The notes under the pieces: generated by a model
What the model saw: only the letters and a program-made list of their open reading frames with translations
Told to the model about the DNA's origin: nothing
The model's database searches: none
Translations under genes and position numbers: made by a program
Shown: positions 1 to 14,004 of the stretch, in pieces
Layout of the letters: every line of letters begins with the position of its first letter
Numbering within the stretch: the stretch's first letter is position 1
Assembly (NCBI RefSeq): GCF_009914755.1
Contig: NC_060932.1
Source of the DNA: the human T2T-CHM13v2.0 reference genome, Homo sapiens
Direction: 5' to 3' (one strand)
DNA length: 64,000 bases

Positions 1-378
1 GTGACCCTACAGCATTATAGCAAAAGGAGAAGCCAAAGAAAATAGGCCCAATTTTAAAGTAATATTTCCTGCCTCTTAGCATAATTTATTTTCCATATTG
101 GTTTCAACAAGGCTAAACTATTAGGTAGCTTTTGTTTTCATCATGTGATTTGTGAGAGCACAGATACCAATCTCAACATCTCTCACTCTATTATCTAATA
201 ACGTCAGAGTGTCTACCATTCTATTACTTCTCAAAAGTTACGAATATTTTGGATAAGCAGAAGGTGTAGGATAGGACACCTCTGATTTTATTCCATTCTA
301 CTGTTAATCATGTGCAGTATATTCTACGCTTCTATTATTGCGTGTTTCACTTCAGAATTGCCATTTATTAAAGTTCCT

Positions 379-1750
<1,372 letters not shown>

Positions 1751-1789
1751 AGCTACTCAGGAACCTGTTAATTATTTCATAATAATGTA

Positions 1790-2215
1790 ATAAACATTCA
1801 TGAACATACCCTATCAAGCAAGAGCTAGAACCTTGGCAATCATTTCCTTGACTCCTCCAGTTTGTGGCTATCATGATATTCAGCCCCAAGTTCATCATTT
1901 CTGTTTTTTCTTCTATACAGGTTTCTTATATGTATTTCTAAAAATCTTTGGTTATTTCATCTTTGTAAAAAGTCATTGTTCTATTTTTCCCACTAGTTCT
2001 ACATTGCATTCATATTGTTGTGGGTTGTGGTAATTCATTTATTTTGACTGCTGTATAATATTTTAGAGTTTGATTATATCACAGTTTTTAATCCACTCTC
2101 CCACAGAGAGATTGTTGGGGTTGTTTCCCTCTTTTGCCACTGTGAAAGTGCTGCTGTGAAGATTTTTGTGTATGTTTTCTGTTGCACATATGTAGGAACT
2201 TCTCGTGGATACATT
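1790..2215 (-). mobile_element. Ancient L1ME-type 3' end fragment
   Basis: Antisense L1 3' motifs, e.g. GGGTTGTTTCCCTCTTTTGCCACTGTGAAAGTGCTGCTGTGAAGATTTTTGTGTATG. Confidence 0.5.
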
Positions 2216-3348
2216 CCGTTCATATGTTAACTTTAGGAAAAATACTATAAGTATTTCCTATATACTATATACGATATACTATATATATCCTATATACCTA
2301 TATACTATAATTAGGAATAATAATAGTTTTAAGGCAATGACAGTTCAGTGTATTCACTGTATACTGTGGGAATGAAACGGTTCAAGAGCAAAACCTTAAT
2401 TAAAAAGCTGGAAAATTTAAACCAGGCAGCTGCTGGAAGGTACACTTGTTATTTTGACAAAAATATAATTATAGCATAAGTGTATTTTAAGTGAACTTAC
2501 TCGTATCAGAAATTTCTTTCTTTTCCTTTTTTAAAATGCCAAAACAATGTATAAAAGCTTCCTGCATCAGTGAAGGAAGGGCTTTGAAATAGGCAGGAAT
2601 GCTAGGTGTAGTTTATAGAGCAGGACTTAAAGAGCACAGGGTATTTTCATGGATAAAGTCTCCAGATTGCTACGTATTGTCAGAGAAAACTGTTGCTGTA
2701 GTGAAAACAAATTAGACTCTCTGAGCTCATCTAGGTCCTTAATGCTGCTGTTTAGGAATTATTTATTTATTGACAATTAATTAGTACCATGTGTCCTCCC
2801 ACTACATACATTTTTATCAGGAAATTAATTCCTTTTTGACTTTTATATCCAGAAATAATAAATGCCAAGTCTCTAAAATGTATTTCAAGATCTGAAATTG
2901 CTGCTTTTTTTCTTACTAGCTCAGAAGAATGTTTCCCTACTTTCTCTCTCTCATACATATTACTTTATAAATATCTCTTTTTAAAAATCTTTTTTATTAA
3001 ACATTGAAAAATCTAGACTTGATGATTCTCTGTCTCGGTGTAAATGACCGTTATCAGCAACAGAATACAACCAGGTGAATCATCATAAGAATTTCAGTCT
3101 TCACAGCCTGATAGTACTGTCCAATCAGTGTGTAGCTCCAGAAATGTAGGGGAGCCTTGTTAACCCAATCAGCTAGACATTTTACTCCACAAAATCTTAC
3201 AGATGGTTCTGATGTTTCAGCAGTCTCTTAGCATCTGTTTGAAACTTTCAAACTGCTTCTACCTGTTTTGCTTGAATCCTGTTTGTGGTTACCCTTGGCT
3301 ACACATCTGTAGACATTTGAGGATTGCCATTAAGAAATAGCTTTACAT

Positions 3349-3593
<245 letters not shown>

Positions 3594-4360
3594 TTATGTC
3601 TTACACTTATTCAGCACTAACATTACTTCTAGTGCAACTATAATTGAAGTGAAAAATAAACAAAAGCAACCAAATATGTATGAGATTATGGTAATCAGAA
3701 GAATACAGCTTATTAACCTCATTTTAGGTATGTTCATAAAATCTAGCACATAGAGCAAAATCCTGGTTTTCTATTGACTCTCCTTATAATTTCAGTTATT
3801 TTATATTAGAATAATGCTTTTTGACTATCTTCATCCATGTTAAGTGAAAAAATACAGTTATAGTTTTTGCTTTTGTTTTACATATAAGAAATAAAAAGGC
3901 ATAGAAAGAAGAATTAAAGAAACTCTAAAGAAACTGTAGCAAAATGTTAACAGCAATTGCTTTGGGCGTTATAATTTTAAATATAACTAAAAATAAATAA
4001 TGTGGCAATGAATTTTATGAAGATTTAGTAGATGGCCTCACAAATAAGAAACACTAAGTAAATAATAACTTATTATAATTAATTAATTATTATCAATTAT
4101 TACTGCTTCTTACTGCTTAGGCCTTTTCTTCTCTTCAGGATTTCACTCTGAAAGATTTCCTGATGTTTAATTACTATGTCAAAATGTACCAACTTTTCTA
4201 AGACTTATGTGTAATTGCTTTCCCAAAAGGTAAATACATTTCTACCATGAACACGTAGAATTGCTTTTCATCATTGTCATTGATTTCTTTCATATTGTCC
4301 TATTTGTAATTTCATTGGTTGTTATAGAAGTTTTTTAAAAAATTTAAACATTTACTCATC

Positions 4361-4757
4361 TGTATTAGTTTGCTAGGGCTGCCACAACAAAGTGTACCAT
4401 AAACTGGGTGGCTTAAACAGCAGGAATTAATTTCTCACAATTCTGGATTCTAGAAGTCCAAGATCAACGTGTCAGGAGGTTTGGTTTCTTCTGAAGCCTA
4501 GCTCCTTGGCTTGCAGATAGCTGCCTTCTCGCTGTGTCTTCACTGATCTTTCCTCTTTGTACACAATCCTTAGTGTCTCTGTCCAAATTTCCTCTTCTTA
4601 TAAGTATACTAGTTAGATTGGATTAGGACCCACCCCAGTGGTCTTCTTTTAATTAATCACCTCTTTAAAGGTCCTATCTCCAAATATAGTCACATTCTGA
4701 GATGCTGGGAGTTAGAGCTTCAACATGAATTTTGAGTGGATACAATTCAGCCCACAA
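4361..4757 (-). mobile_element. MLT1 (MLT1B/C-like) MaLR solo LTR
   Basis: TGTATTAGTTTGCTAGGGCTGCC ... CACATTCTGAG ... CAATTCAGCCCACA is the reverse complement of MLT1 LTR termini. Confidence 0.8.
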
Positions 4758-4877
4758 GATCATTTAATTATTAATCAAGGATAAATCAACATATTTTCAT
4801 GAGAATTTAGAGCTTCTGTTTCTTGGCCTGCTTTCTCTAGTTCGTAACCCCAACAATTTCATTGTTCTTGATTTCTT

Positions 4878-5020
4878 TTTGGTTTTAAAGAGACAGGGTG
4901 TTGCTATCTTGCCCTTGTTGGATTTTGAACTCCTGAGTTCAAGCAATCCCCCTGCCTCAGCCTTGCTAATATGCACTCCAGGCATATTATGCACTCCAGG
5001 CATGCACCACTGTGCCTGTC
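4878..5020 (-). mobile_element. FLAM/free left Alu monomer
   Basis: Single antisense monomer flanked by a perfect 15-bp TSD TGTTCTTGATTTCTT (4863-4877 and 5021-5035); small internal duplication of ATGCACTCCAGGCAT. Confidence 0.8.
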
Positions 5021-5460
5021 TGTTCTTGATTTCTTAAATGTAATTTATTTTTCAGCAGACAGTGAATGCTTTCAGTAACTTTTAAAAGAAGGATATTGAT
5101 GATGTTTTTTGAGAATGTGTCTATTTGAGACTTTTTCCTCATATTCCTCTTATCCCTAGGCATATATAATCTTTGAATTAGTAGTTTTCTTCAAAGTTTT
5201 GTAGGGAGCTAAGTGATTATTTCTTCTTTTGAAGGCACACTATAGTTAGAATAGTGCATATTTCCCATCTATAATACTTTATCATAACTATGGTGAAGAC
5301 TACCTTATTATTTCTCTTATAGGAATGAGTTTTACCACATGATGCTATGGCATATCTATTAATAATTATTTGTCTTTTTTATCGTCTTTTAGAATCTTAT
5401 AAAAATTTATGATTGTTGTAATTAAAATAACTTTTTTTGGCATGATTTGAATTTTCTTTC

Positions 5461-5815
5461 TGCTATGGTTTGACTGTGTCACCACCCAAATCTCATCTTG
5501 AATTCCCACGTGTTGTGGGAGGGACCCAGTAGGAGGTAATTGAATTGTGGAGGCACGTCTTTCCCATGATGTTCTCATGATAGCAAATAAGTCTCACGAG
5601 ATCTGGTGATTTTAAAAAGGGGAGTTTCCCTGCACAAGCTTTATTTGCCTGCTGCCATTCACATAAAATGTGACTTGCTCCTCCTTGCCTTCTGCCACGA
5701 TTGTGAGGCTTCCCTAGCCACGTGGAACTGTGTGTTCTCCATTAAACCTCTTTCCTTTGTAAATTGCCCAGTCTCAGGTATGTCTTTATCAGCAGCGTGA
5801 AAATGGACTAATACA
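5461..5815 (+). mobile_element. THE1 (THE1A-like) solo LTR
   Basis: TGCTATGGTTTGACTGTGTCACCACCCAAATCTCATCTTGAATTCCCAC ... GGACTAATACA; near 5-bp TSD CTTTC/TTTTC; ATTAAA at 5741. Confidence 0.9.
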
Positions 5816-7079
5816 TTTTCCTTTTAAAACATCCTTGTTTGTGTGTCTTTAATTACTTTCACCAATTTTTATAAGGTAATATCTATGAGAAGTGTGCTGT
5901 ATTTTTAGTGTGCTTAGCAGCCTCTAGTCCCTTGTATTTTGAAAAGAGGAAAATATTGTAGTCAGTTTAGTCTTCTTCTATTTCCATATTTCATTAAAGG
6001 TTTTAAGAGATTTACTTCAGCTGTACTCAAACTGAACTGTCAGTCCCAGATATGGTTCATGACTGTTGAAGGTTGGTTATGATTCTTTTCTTGAACTGTA
6101 TTTAGTCTTAGTTTTCAAGTCCTCTCTTTTAAAAAATATTTCTAAGTTCTATCTCAAGCTCACTCCTCTTTGATAATGCCATTGGCTCTGAAAGCCATCA
6201 TATAGAAATAAAGCCACTTTGTTAGTAACTTTCTTTGTAGTTTTTATAAATGTTTATTTTTTCCTAAAAACGGTAAACCTGTAAATACTTTCACTTTTTA
6301 TTTTCTTTGGACATTTTTCAGTGCTTTTTGGTTAAGAAGAGACAGAGAGAATGAGAGATTATTCTCTAGTCTTTTTCATTCATATTACTGAAAAGTATCT
6401 ACCTTTTGTTTCTGCTTCTCCCTATTACCTTTTTCTTCTACCTTAGCTATTCTTTCTGTTTGCCACTCAGTAAAAATATTCAGTTTTTAAAGAGAATATT
6501 ACTTTATTGACTTGGTTGCATTTTGAAATCCTTTTCAACATACTTCAGCATTTCAGCATTTTCCAGCTCTTAATAGACTTCCAACTTCAAGATTTTTAAT
6601 TTTTTTGTGGAAAAATATGTTTTCTTAGTTTCCATATTTCTGTCAAGTCTTTGTTTTTTAACAAAATAAAATCTTATATTTTCAAAATTATACCATTTTA
6701 TTGTTGCTTGTGAAAGTTAAACCTACAATCACTTTAATTTTAAGCAAGTTTTGCAGAGAATAGTCAAAGATCCTTTTTTAAAACATTTTTTACACATCCA
6801 AAATCTCTTGCTTGTACATCACTCTTTTTTATATCACTTTGTACCATACTCCTTTTTTATGGGCATGCTTGATTTCTGTAGCCAATGGTGGTAGGAAAAG
6901 CAGAAGAAATGGAGACATTATCTATAATTCTTTCATTATTAGGAAACTGCCACCATTAATTACTACTATCCCTACCTGTTATTACTAGTGAAAACGATTT
7001 TAAAACAATTGGAATGCTTACTAATATTTTGATGCCTTACAATTAATCACTACTTTCACTTGTCTTAGATAATCATTAC

Positions 7080-7215
7080 TGTGACTCTCTAAATCATGTC
7101 GTATTAGTATACTACCATTATTTTACAGGTTTTAGAAATTATGTTTAGATAAGTAATATGCCCATGATTTCACAACTGGCAGAAACTAGTACCCAAACCC
7201 AGGTGCTCTTACTTA
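7080..7215 (-). mobile_element. MIR fragment
   Basis: Degenerate antisense MIR core (CCATTATTTTACAGG...AAGTAATATGCCCATGATTTCACAACTGG...CAAACCCAGG). Confidence 0.45.
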
Positions 7216-7629
7216 AAATTAAGTAATTTTTTTATAGCTGGATACATGTCAAATATGCTTTTTGCTAGTTATAAGAAAAAGGGCTTGAAAGTTCCCACAC
7301 TCTAGGAACTTAGCTTATGTGGGGTAAAGGTTGGGAAGAGCAACAGCCTAAGACAACATCTCCAGTTTTTTATGGTAGTTCATACTTGAGTAGAATAGGA
7401 AGATCAAAGGCAGCTATTTATCCAGTGCTTTTTATTTATTCTTTGAACTAATATTTAAGTACCTACAACTTGCCAACTGCTTTATAGGCACTGAGGAGGA
7501 AGGTGGGGAAAAAGATGCTAAGGATCTCTATTCTTGAAGAACGTAATACTTACTGGTGACCTTAACTACAAGGAAAACTTGTTTTCAAACAAACCATTCT
7601 TAAACTAGGCCTTTTGTCTCACCTTGATT

Positions 7630-7679
7630 CTGCCCAATTGACTGCCCAATTGACTGCCCAATTTCTGCCCAATTGACTG
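7630..7679. repeat. Minisatellite, ~4 x 12-bp CTGCCCAATTGA
   Basis: Directly visible tandem units. Confidence 0.85.
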
Positions 7680-7859
7680 GCTGTCTCACTTCTTTTTAAT
7701 TAAGTTTGTGTGAAATCTGGGGCCTGATGACTATAAGTCAGAATCTTGATATTTAATGAATATTAATCTTGAAGTCTATTTTCTTTTTACTGCCTTGTGC
7801 TTGAAAATTCCAGTTTATTTGAATTTATGCTGAGGCTTAGAAAAAGAAAGAAAAAGAGG

Positions 7860-8255
7860 AGTATTGCCTAGAAGCAGAGTCTAAGACAAGAATTCAGGTG
7901 CATATGCTTTATAGTGGGAATGCACTTCAGGAATAAATTGTAAGGGAATGGAGTGAAGCAGGATAGAGAAAGAAGAACTAGTCAAGGGCATGGTTTCAGG
8001 TTAAGCCTAGCCATGGGGCTGAAGGACTCTGAATATAAATCCTTCCTCAGTTTTTTCTCTTATCTATATACCCCTATCAGAGCTATCCTTGGACTGAGGG
8101 TAACCTCCTACATGAGATGGCTATCATTTGAGGTTCTTTCTTTGGAGAACAGGGATACTATGTGCAATTAGCAGCCAGTATTCACAGCAGCTGGAAGATG
8201 AGTGCACTATCCAGATAAAGGAGATTTGGATAAGCCACCAACAATGTGTACATTA
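7860..8255 (-). mobile_element. ERVL LTR (LTR16/LTR33/LTR41 group), 3' LTR of a degenerate provirus
   Basis: Colinear similarity to 10897-11394 (AGAAGCAGAGTCTAAGACAAG ... CAGCAGCTGG ... ATAAAGGAGATTTGG); adjacent GTGTACCCTTT resembles a PPT on the - strand. Confidence 0.65.
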
Positions 8256-10896
8256 GTGTACCCTTTGTACCAGTCAGAGCCAGTTGCCTCTGATAATTAA
8301 ATTTACTCTATTCAGGCACAGGTCCTCCAGGATTCTGTGCTCACAATTTCTGTAAAAACTTGTCTCTGATCTTGTGACCATAACTGATACTTAAATATTT
8401 TTTTCCACTTTTACTGATTTGGGTGACATACCTGGTAGATTGACTCAGATCCTCATCCCTGCAGAGTCTGAGCTCCTTGTCATCATGTACTTATGGTTTC
8501 CCATTTATAGTTGCAGCGTGACTTGGGAATAACGAGTCACTCCAGTGGCTAACCTGAATGTCAAACATATCCTCCCATACCCATTTTGTAACAGATGTGT
8601 TACTTGCTCACAGTGATCAGGGTCAATTACTAATGCCAGTGTGATTATTATTATTTTTTCTGGCATAGGGATCACAGTGACCGGGCAGTAGCCATAGCTT
8701 TATGTGTCCCCTGTTGAAGCATCCCCCACTTTAGGAACCAGGATTTCTTGCTTCACAGAGCCTGAAGCAACAGTATGGCACAGATTTCCCAAGTGGATAA
8801 CTGGCAGTAATGGTTAGTGGTGCCACTCCTTCTTCTATCCCTTAGTTCTTAGATCTGTGAATTCTACGTATCGGGGGCATAGCAGCTTATGATAACCATT
8901 GAATTAAGGAATATACTGTGTCCTGAAGGATAGTGTCCGGTCCTGCAAGGTGTCCACTGTAAGCACAGTCTTAGCTACATGTTTAATGGGGCATTTTGCT
9001 ATCAGACTAAAGAGTTCTGGATGGCACAGTATGTGTTGGGATCAGTGGATCTCATAATTAGTGTTTTTACTGCATTAACACTACAAAGAAACATATTTCC
9101 TTTGCTTTGTCTTAAATATGTTATGTGGTATTCCATGTAGGTAAAGCAGGCAGTCTATGAGCACATGTATAAAGGCACTTGCTGAGGTGCTTTGGGCAGG
9201 AAAGGCAAACTCATACTTGGAATGCCTCTTTATGTCTGTGTGAATGAATTACTGGCCTTTACAAGGTGGAAGGTATCTAGTGCAGCCAACTTATCACCAG
9301 ATGTCCAGTTGTCTCCTTGAAGGGTGGAATCATGTTGAGGTTGGGGAGGGGTCTGTGATTGACAGATGAGGCATTCAGCAGAAGCAAGGATTATATACAT
9401 TATGTTAGGAGTAGAATATGCTGTTGGGCACATGCTTGCCTACATATCTGTCAGTGTGGCTTTATTCTACTTATGGAGGTGGGTGGAGTTGGTGAGGACA
9501 GAGACCAGCAGATATCTCAGGATGAATTCATTGGTTTTCTTGGTTATTTAATACCTCTTGTGTAGATCTTCTCTGGTACACATAAGTATGTAATGCAAGG
9601 ATCCACATACCCTCAGCCCACTCCCAAAGGTCCATCCACATGCCTCTTTATTAGAACTTCTTGTCCTCAATCTTCCAGCAGCCCCTGATCAATCAGCTAA
9701 GCTATTCACCACTATTCCTGTCCATATGTGTTATGACCTTAGGCTTCTTTTCTTTTTACACAAAATGGATAACCAGGTTGTGAACTGAAACTCCACTTAT
9801 TGGGAGGATTTCTTCTCATTACTTTATTTCAAGGCCAACACTGAATGAGGCTGCAGTGAAGAAGCACTCAATTTTTAGTTTACACTCACATACTGAGCTG
9901 ACCCATTCAATATCCAAGCTTGGCCTTTTTCTTTTTTCTTCAAGTGGATATGAACTTCAGAGGCAGCACTGATGCAATAGTGTTAAGTAACTTGGTTGTC
10001 CAAGTCACATGTTTGGGCATCTTCCTTGTCCCATCTGGACCTGCTCAACCCTAGGCCCAGATCAGCTACTTCCATTTTATTAGAAATGGAATACTGCTGA
10101 GTCTGTCTGGTCTTATGATTTGGTGGGTTTCATGATGGGTGCTTCTGGATTCGTGGTCACTTGAAGTCTTGAGATCAGATGTTCCATTTCTACCCTGACT
10201 ACATGACCTGAATGGTTTTCCACTTTGACAGTATGCTCTATTCTAGAACCCTATGGGTTTATGTTGTTCTACCACAGATATCTCTAGTACCATGGGTTAT
10301 ATGGGATTGTGTCATGTTCTGGACCAATTGCGAATCTCTGGTTTTGCTCTGGGCCCTACTCTGACAGGACCCTCACTTTACCATAGAAGATTTGCTTAGG
10401 CTGAGAATTTAGCCTTCTGTGAAGTTCTGTCAATGTTATAATTAAATTCTGTGACTAGTCTTCAGCTCTATCTTCTTTCTAACTTTAAGAGATGAAGAAG
10501 CCTTTAAACAATGCTAGAGAGGCCTTTTGACTCTCATACTTTGATTTATATTAGTGGATGACTTCTCTGACCTTGTCATTCTTAATTTGTAATGCATCCA
10601 TTTGGCATTCAGCAATGACCATCTAAAACTAGTCTTTACAATTACTGTTTCTCTCATACCTTTGAAATGATAGAGATACCACATAATCCAGTGCATCCCT
10701 TGCTACCTATAATCTATTCCAATTCGCTATAGGTGAAAATCTTAACAGTTGCATGGCCACTGTGTGGCAGGGACCACGGATATATTCAGTCCACTTACAG
10801 CAGTGATGGAGTGTTCATTTCTAGTTGGCCAGCAAGTAATCCAACTCCAGAATTTCCTTCCTAGTGTCTGTCTCTAGGTTCACTCCTGGCATTAAT
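8256..10896 (-). mobile_element. ERVL internal region, heavily deleted and decayed
   Basis: Lies between two homologous LTRs; the - strand start ATTAATGCCAGGAGTGAACCTAGAG (10872-10896) resembles the ERVL PBS/leader TGGTACCAGGAGTGG; no intact ORF. Confidence 0.6.
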
Positions 10897-11394
10897 TGTC
10901 TCAGGTCAAGTTCATTAGAAACAGAGCTTAAGACAGGGATTTCTGTACACATGAGTTAATGAAGGAATGTTCTTCAGGAAAAATCTTTAAGGAGGTGATG
11001 GAAGCAAGATAGGAATGAGAAAAGAGCTGAGGAAACATGTGGTCTCAGGTAAAGCCTTGCCTTGGCTAATCCTCGCTGTGTGTTTATGGGGAAGTGTGTG
11101 TTTTGGAGAGTTGTTTTTTGAGTGTAAATTGCAAGGCATTGTTTTTTCCTTTGAAGCAAGGGTGGCCAACTTTGGTATCGCCATATCAGTAGGTCATTAG
11201 CTCTGAACCATACCTGGGGAGGGAATAGCAGTGCTACTTTCCAGTGGAGGTGACTTCTGTTAGTTGAGGGGACCAGTTCTCTGCAGAAGGGAAAATGTTA
11301 GCCATTATTGTAGCCAACACTTATAGCAGCTGCGGGAGGGATTCATAAGACTGGTAAAGGGTATCTGTAAAGGACATTAACAGTCTGTACCATA
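10897..11394 (-). mobile_element. ERVL LTR (LTR16/LTR33/LTR41 group), 5' LTR
   Basis: TGTCTCAGGTCAAGTTC...AGAAACAGAGCTTAAGACAGGG ... TAGCAGCTGC ... GGTAAAGGGTATCTG ... TACCATA. Confidence 0.65.
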
Positions 11395-13237
11395 GGGAGA
11401 AACAAAAATTATGTGTATCTTCCTGAAATACTGTGGCTTAGGAACTCTCGACAGATTTCAGTGTTTTACCATATTATAAAAATTAACTCTTTTGTCTAAA
11501 GAGGGAGGTGGATATATTAATCATTGAGTAAGTTGGTGAGGAAAAATGTCAAAAAGAAAAATGGTCCTAATATAGCTGTTTACACGTAACTTTGTTAAAG
11601 AGGATGGACGTAGCAAAAGACAATTACTGAATGGATTCCATACTAGAAGGAAAACAATATTGAATGTTGGGAAATTTGCCAGTATCTTATTTAACAAGGT
11701 ATTAACATTTTTCTTTTCACTCACTTTTATTTCACTCCAGAAATCATTCTTTATAATTTAAGGTAATATTCCTAATCTAGTCTTTACTGTTTAAATATAG
11801 TCATTCAATTACATATGACCGTATATTACACAAATAGAAAAATTTCCAAGATTTGTATCTTGTAGAACAAAAGAATGAAATACTATTACATTTGAAGAAA
11901 ACATTATTCTTATGCAATGAGTATTTAATTTCAAAATATAATATATACTTGGTATTGATAATAAATTGTCAAACAAAATTCTTACTCCATCATGATCAGA
12001 GTCCCCAAGTCGTTGACAGCTCAGTAGATTTCCTCTGGTGCCTGTGCTGTTTGGAGTCCTGTTACAGAGGCTGCTAAATAAACTGTCTGATAGGAAGGAT
12101 CATCTTCCAATGTAGCTCCTTGGTGCCTGTTTAGTTCTCCAATGAATGCCAAAGATCAAATGCTGTGGTTTTGGTTGAGGGTGAAGAGACTGGAGCCATC
12201 CTAATTCTAATCTTTGTATCTTTTGTGGCCACCTATTCTTTTTGGATGACTATGACTTTGTACTTTTACCTTGTATTTATATTTCTGGCTACAACTCTTA
12301 AACGAACAGAGCTAAGAAACAGTCTTGGAGTTTAGTAGGTAAGTCATATATTTTTAATGTGAATGACTGAAATGTACCAGATCTGCTCTGTTGCACATGA
12401 TCTTCTTTATCTGAAAGTATATTTAGAATCCTATATGTTTCTTATCCAGTACTCACTACTGGATAAGACAACTAATTATTGAGTATAAGGTGCATTAGAT
12501 ATGTTTTCCTATGTTAAATCTATGATGTCCTTGAGTGGGGAGAGCTTTTTATAACTTTTAGATAAATGCTAAAGAATATCCTATTCACTTTGTTGGAGTT
12601 TTGGAAAAGTAACTTACAAATTCATGTGGTTTTTGCATTGTAAATTATTTTTGTCAAATCTAATGTGAATTTTTATATTCAGGCATAAAGGGAAAGGTGC
12701 TTAGAGAACAACTATTAATATTTATTTAAACTTTTCTTCATGAAGTAACATGGAAGATCAAAAGGGAAATGAAGTGACCAGCAATAATCAAACAGTTATA
12801 TATCTAGTTTTCTTTTTGATAATTCTTAGAGTTAAGGAAGTTGGTTTTAAAATGGTTGTGAATATTCTATTGGTATGTGGTACTATATTTCTATTAAGAA
12901 TTGTAAGCTATATGTTTTGCTAGTTATGTATAAAGTTGCTTTATAATTTTGATAATTCAGAAATATTTATACTGCCAATAAAACATGAAAAAAATCTGAT
13001 AATGTAGGAATGATTCCTTAAAATAAGAATAGAATAAGAAAAATAATATAAATGAAAAAAATTATATTCTATATAGTTAGAACAATGAGATTTCAAATAT
13101 ATGACTAAGAGTAGAGTATATTTTCTTCCTTGTCTTTATGTACTGAAAATAGTTTGATTTTAGTATTCTTATAGTTGCTAGCTGCAGACCAATTGTGTAT
13201 GTATAGATGTGTATGCCTGTGTCTATAGGAATGCTAT

Positions 13238-13240
<3 letters not shown>

Positions 13241-13284
<44 letters not shown>
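13241..13284. repeat. (CA)22 microsatellite
   Basis: Perfect CA run. Confidence 0.97.
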
Positions 13285-13286
<2 letters not shown>

Positions 13287-14004
13287 CAACTCAAAAGTTT
13301 AAGATTCAAAGAATGACACTTTTGGACTGAAATAAATTAAACCAAACAAATTATGTGCACTGATAAGCAAAATGGGACTTTATTCATATTATGATTTCAT
13401 TTGCTGCATTATTTTTGATTGCATTGCAAGGACATGTAGAATATGAAAATGAATTGCACTTTTAGAAAAATCATTAATTGTATGGTTCAGCCCTGTAAAG
13501 AACAAAAAAAAAAATTAGAACTAGCTAGATTGCATGTTTTTGTATCTCTCATGTGTAGATGCTGCAAATCGTACTCGGGCAGATGGGCATTTAGACCAAT
13601 CCTCCACTGCAGTTTCCGTATTCTTCTCCCTTACTCCAAGACGGGATAGACACTAATGACTTTTCCCCGAAAACATTACTTAGAGAGTGAAGAGGCTATT
13701 TTAACAGTAGGATTGTGATTGCAACTTCCAGCAAGATTGGATCCTGTTTTTTCTCTTATGTCAGAAAAGCTGGTTTGCCTGAGGGGAATTAGCATTAATT
13801 GAACTAAGAAGCAAGCTAGTGACAAAAGAAAATAGTATAGATATAATAGTGATGGACTCACATAGGGACTTGGGGGCTAATTTTAGCAATTTAATCATGA
13901 ATTAATTAAATACATTTTAAAATGATTTCATTTATTTGAAGTCTGAAACTAAGATCATAGGTAGTATTACAGTAGAATTAAATTTTGTAGTTACAAAGCA
14001 TTTT

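Noticed and set aside
12330-12344. TAG|GTAAGT as a recursive splice site
   Set aside because: No polypyrimidine tract, and several AGs immediately upstream
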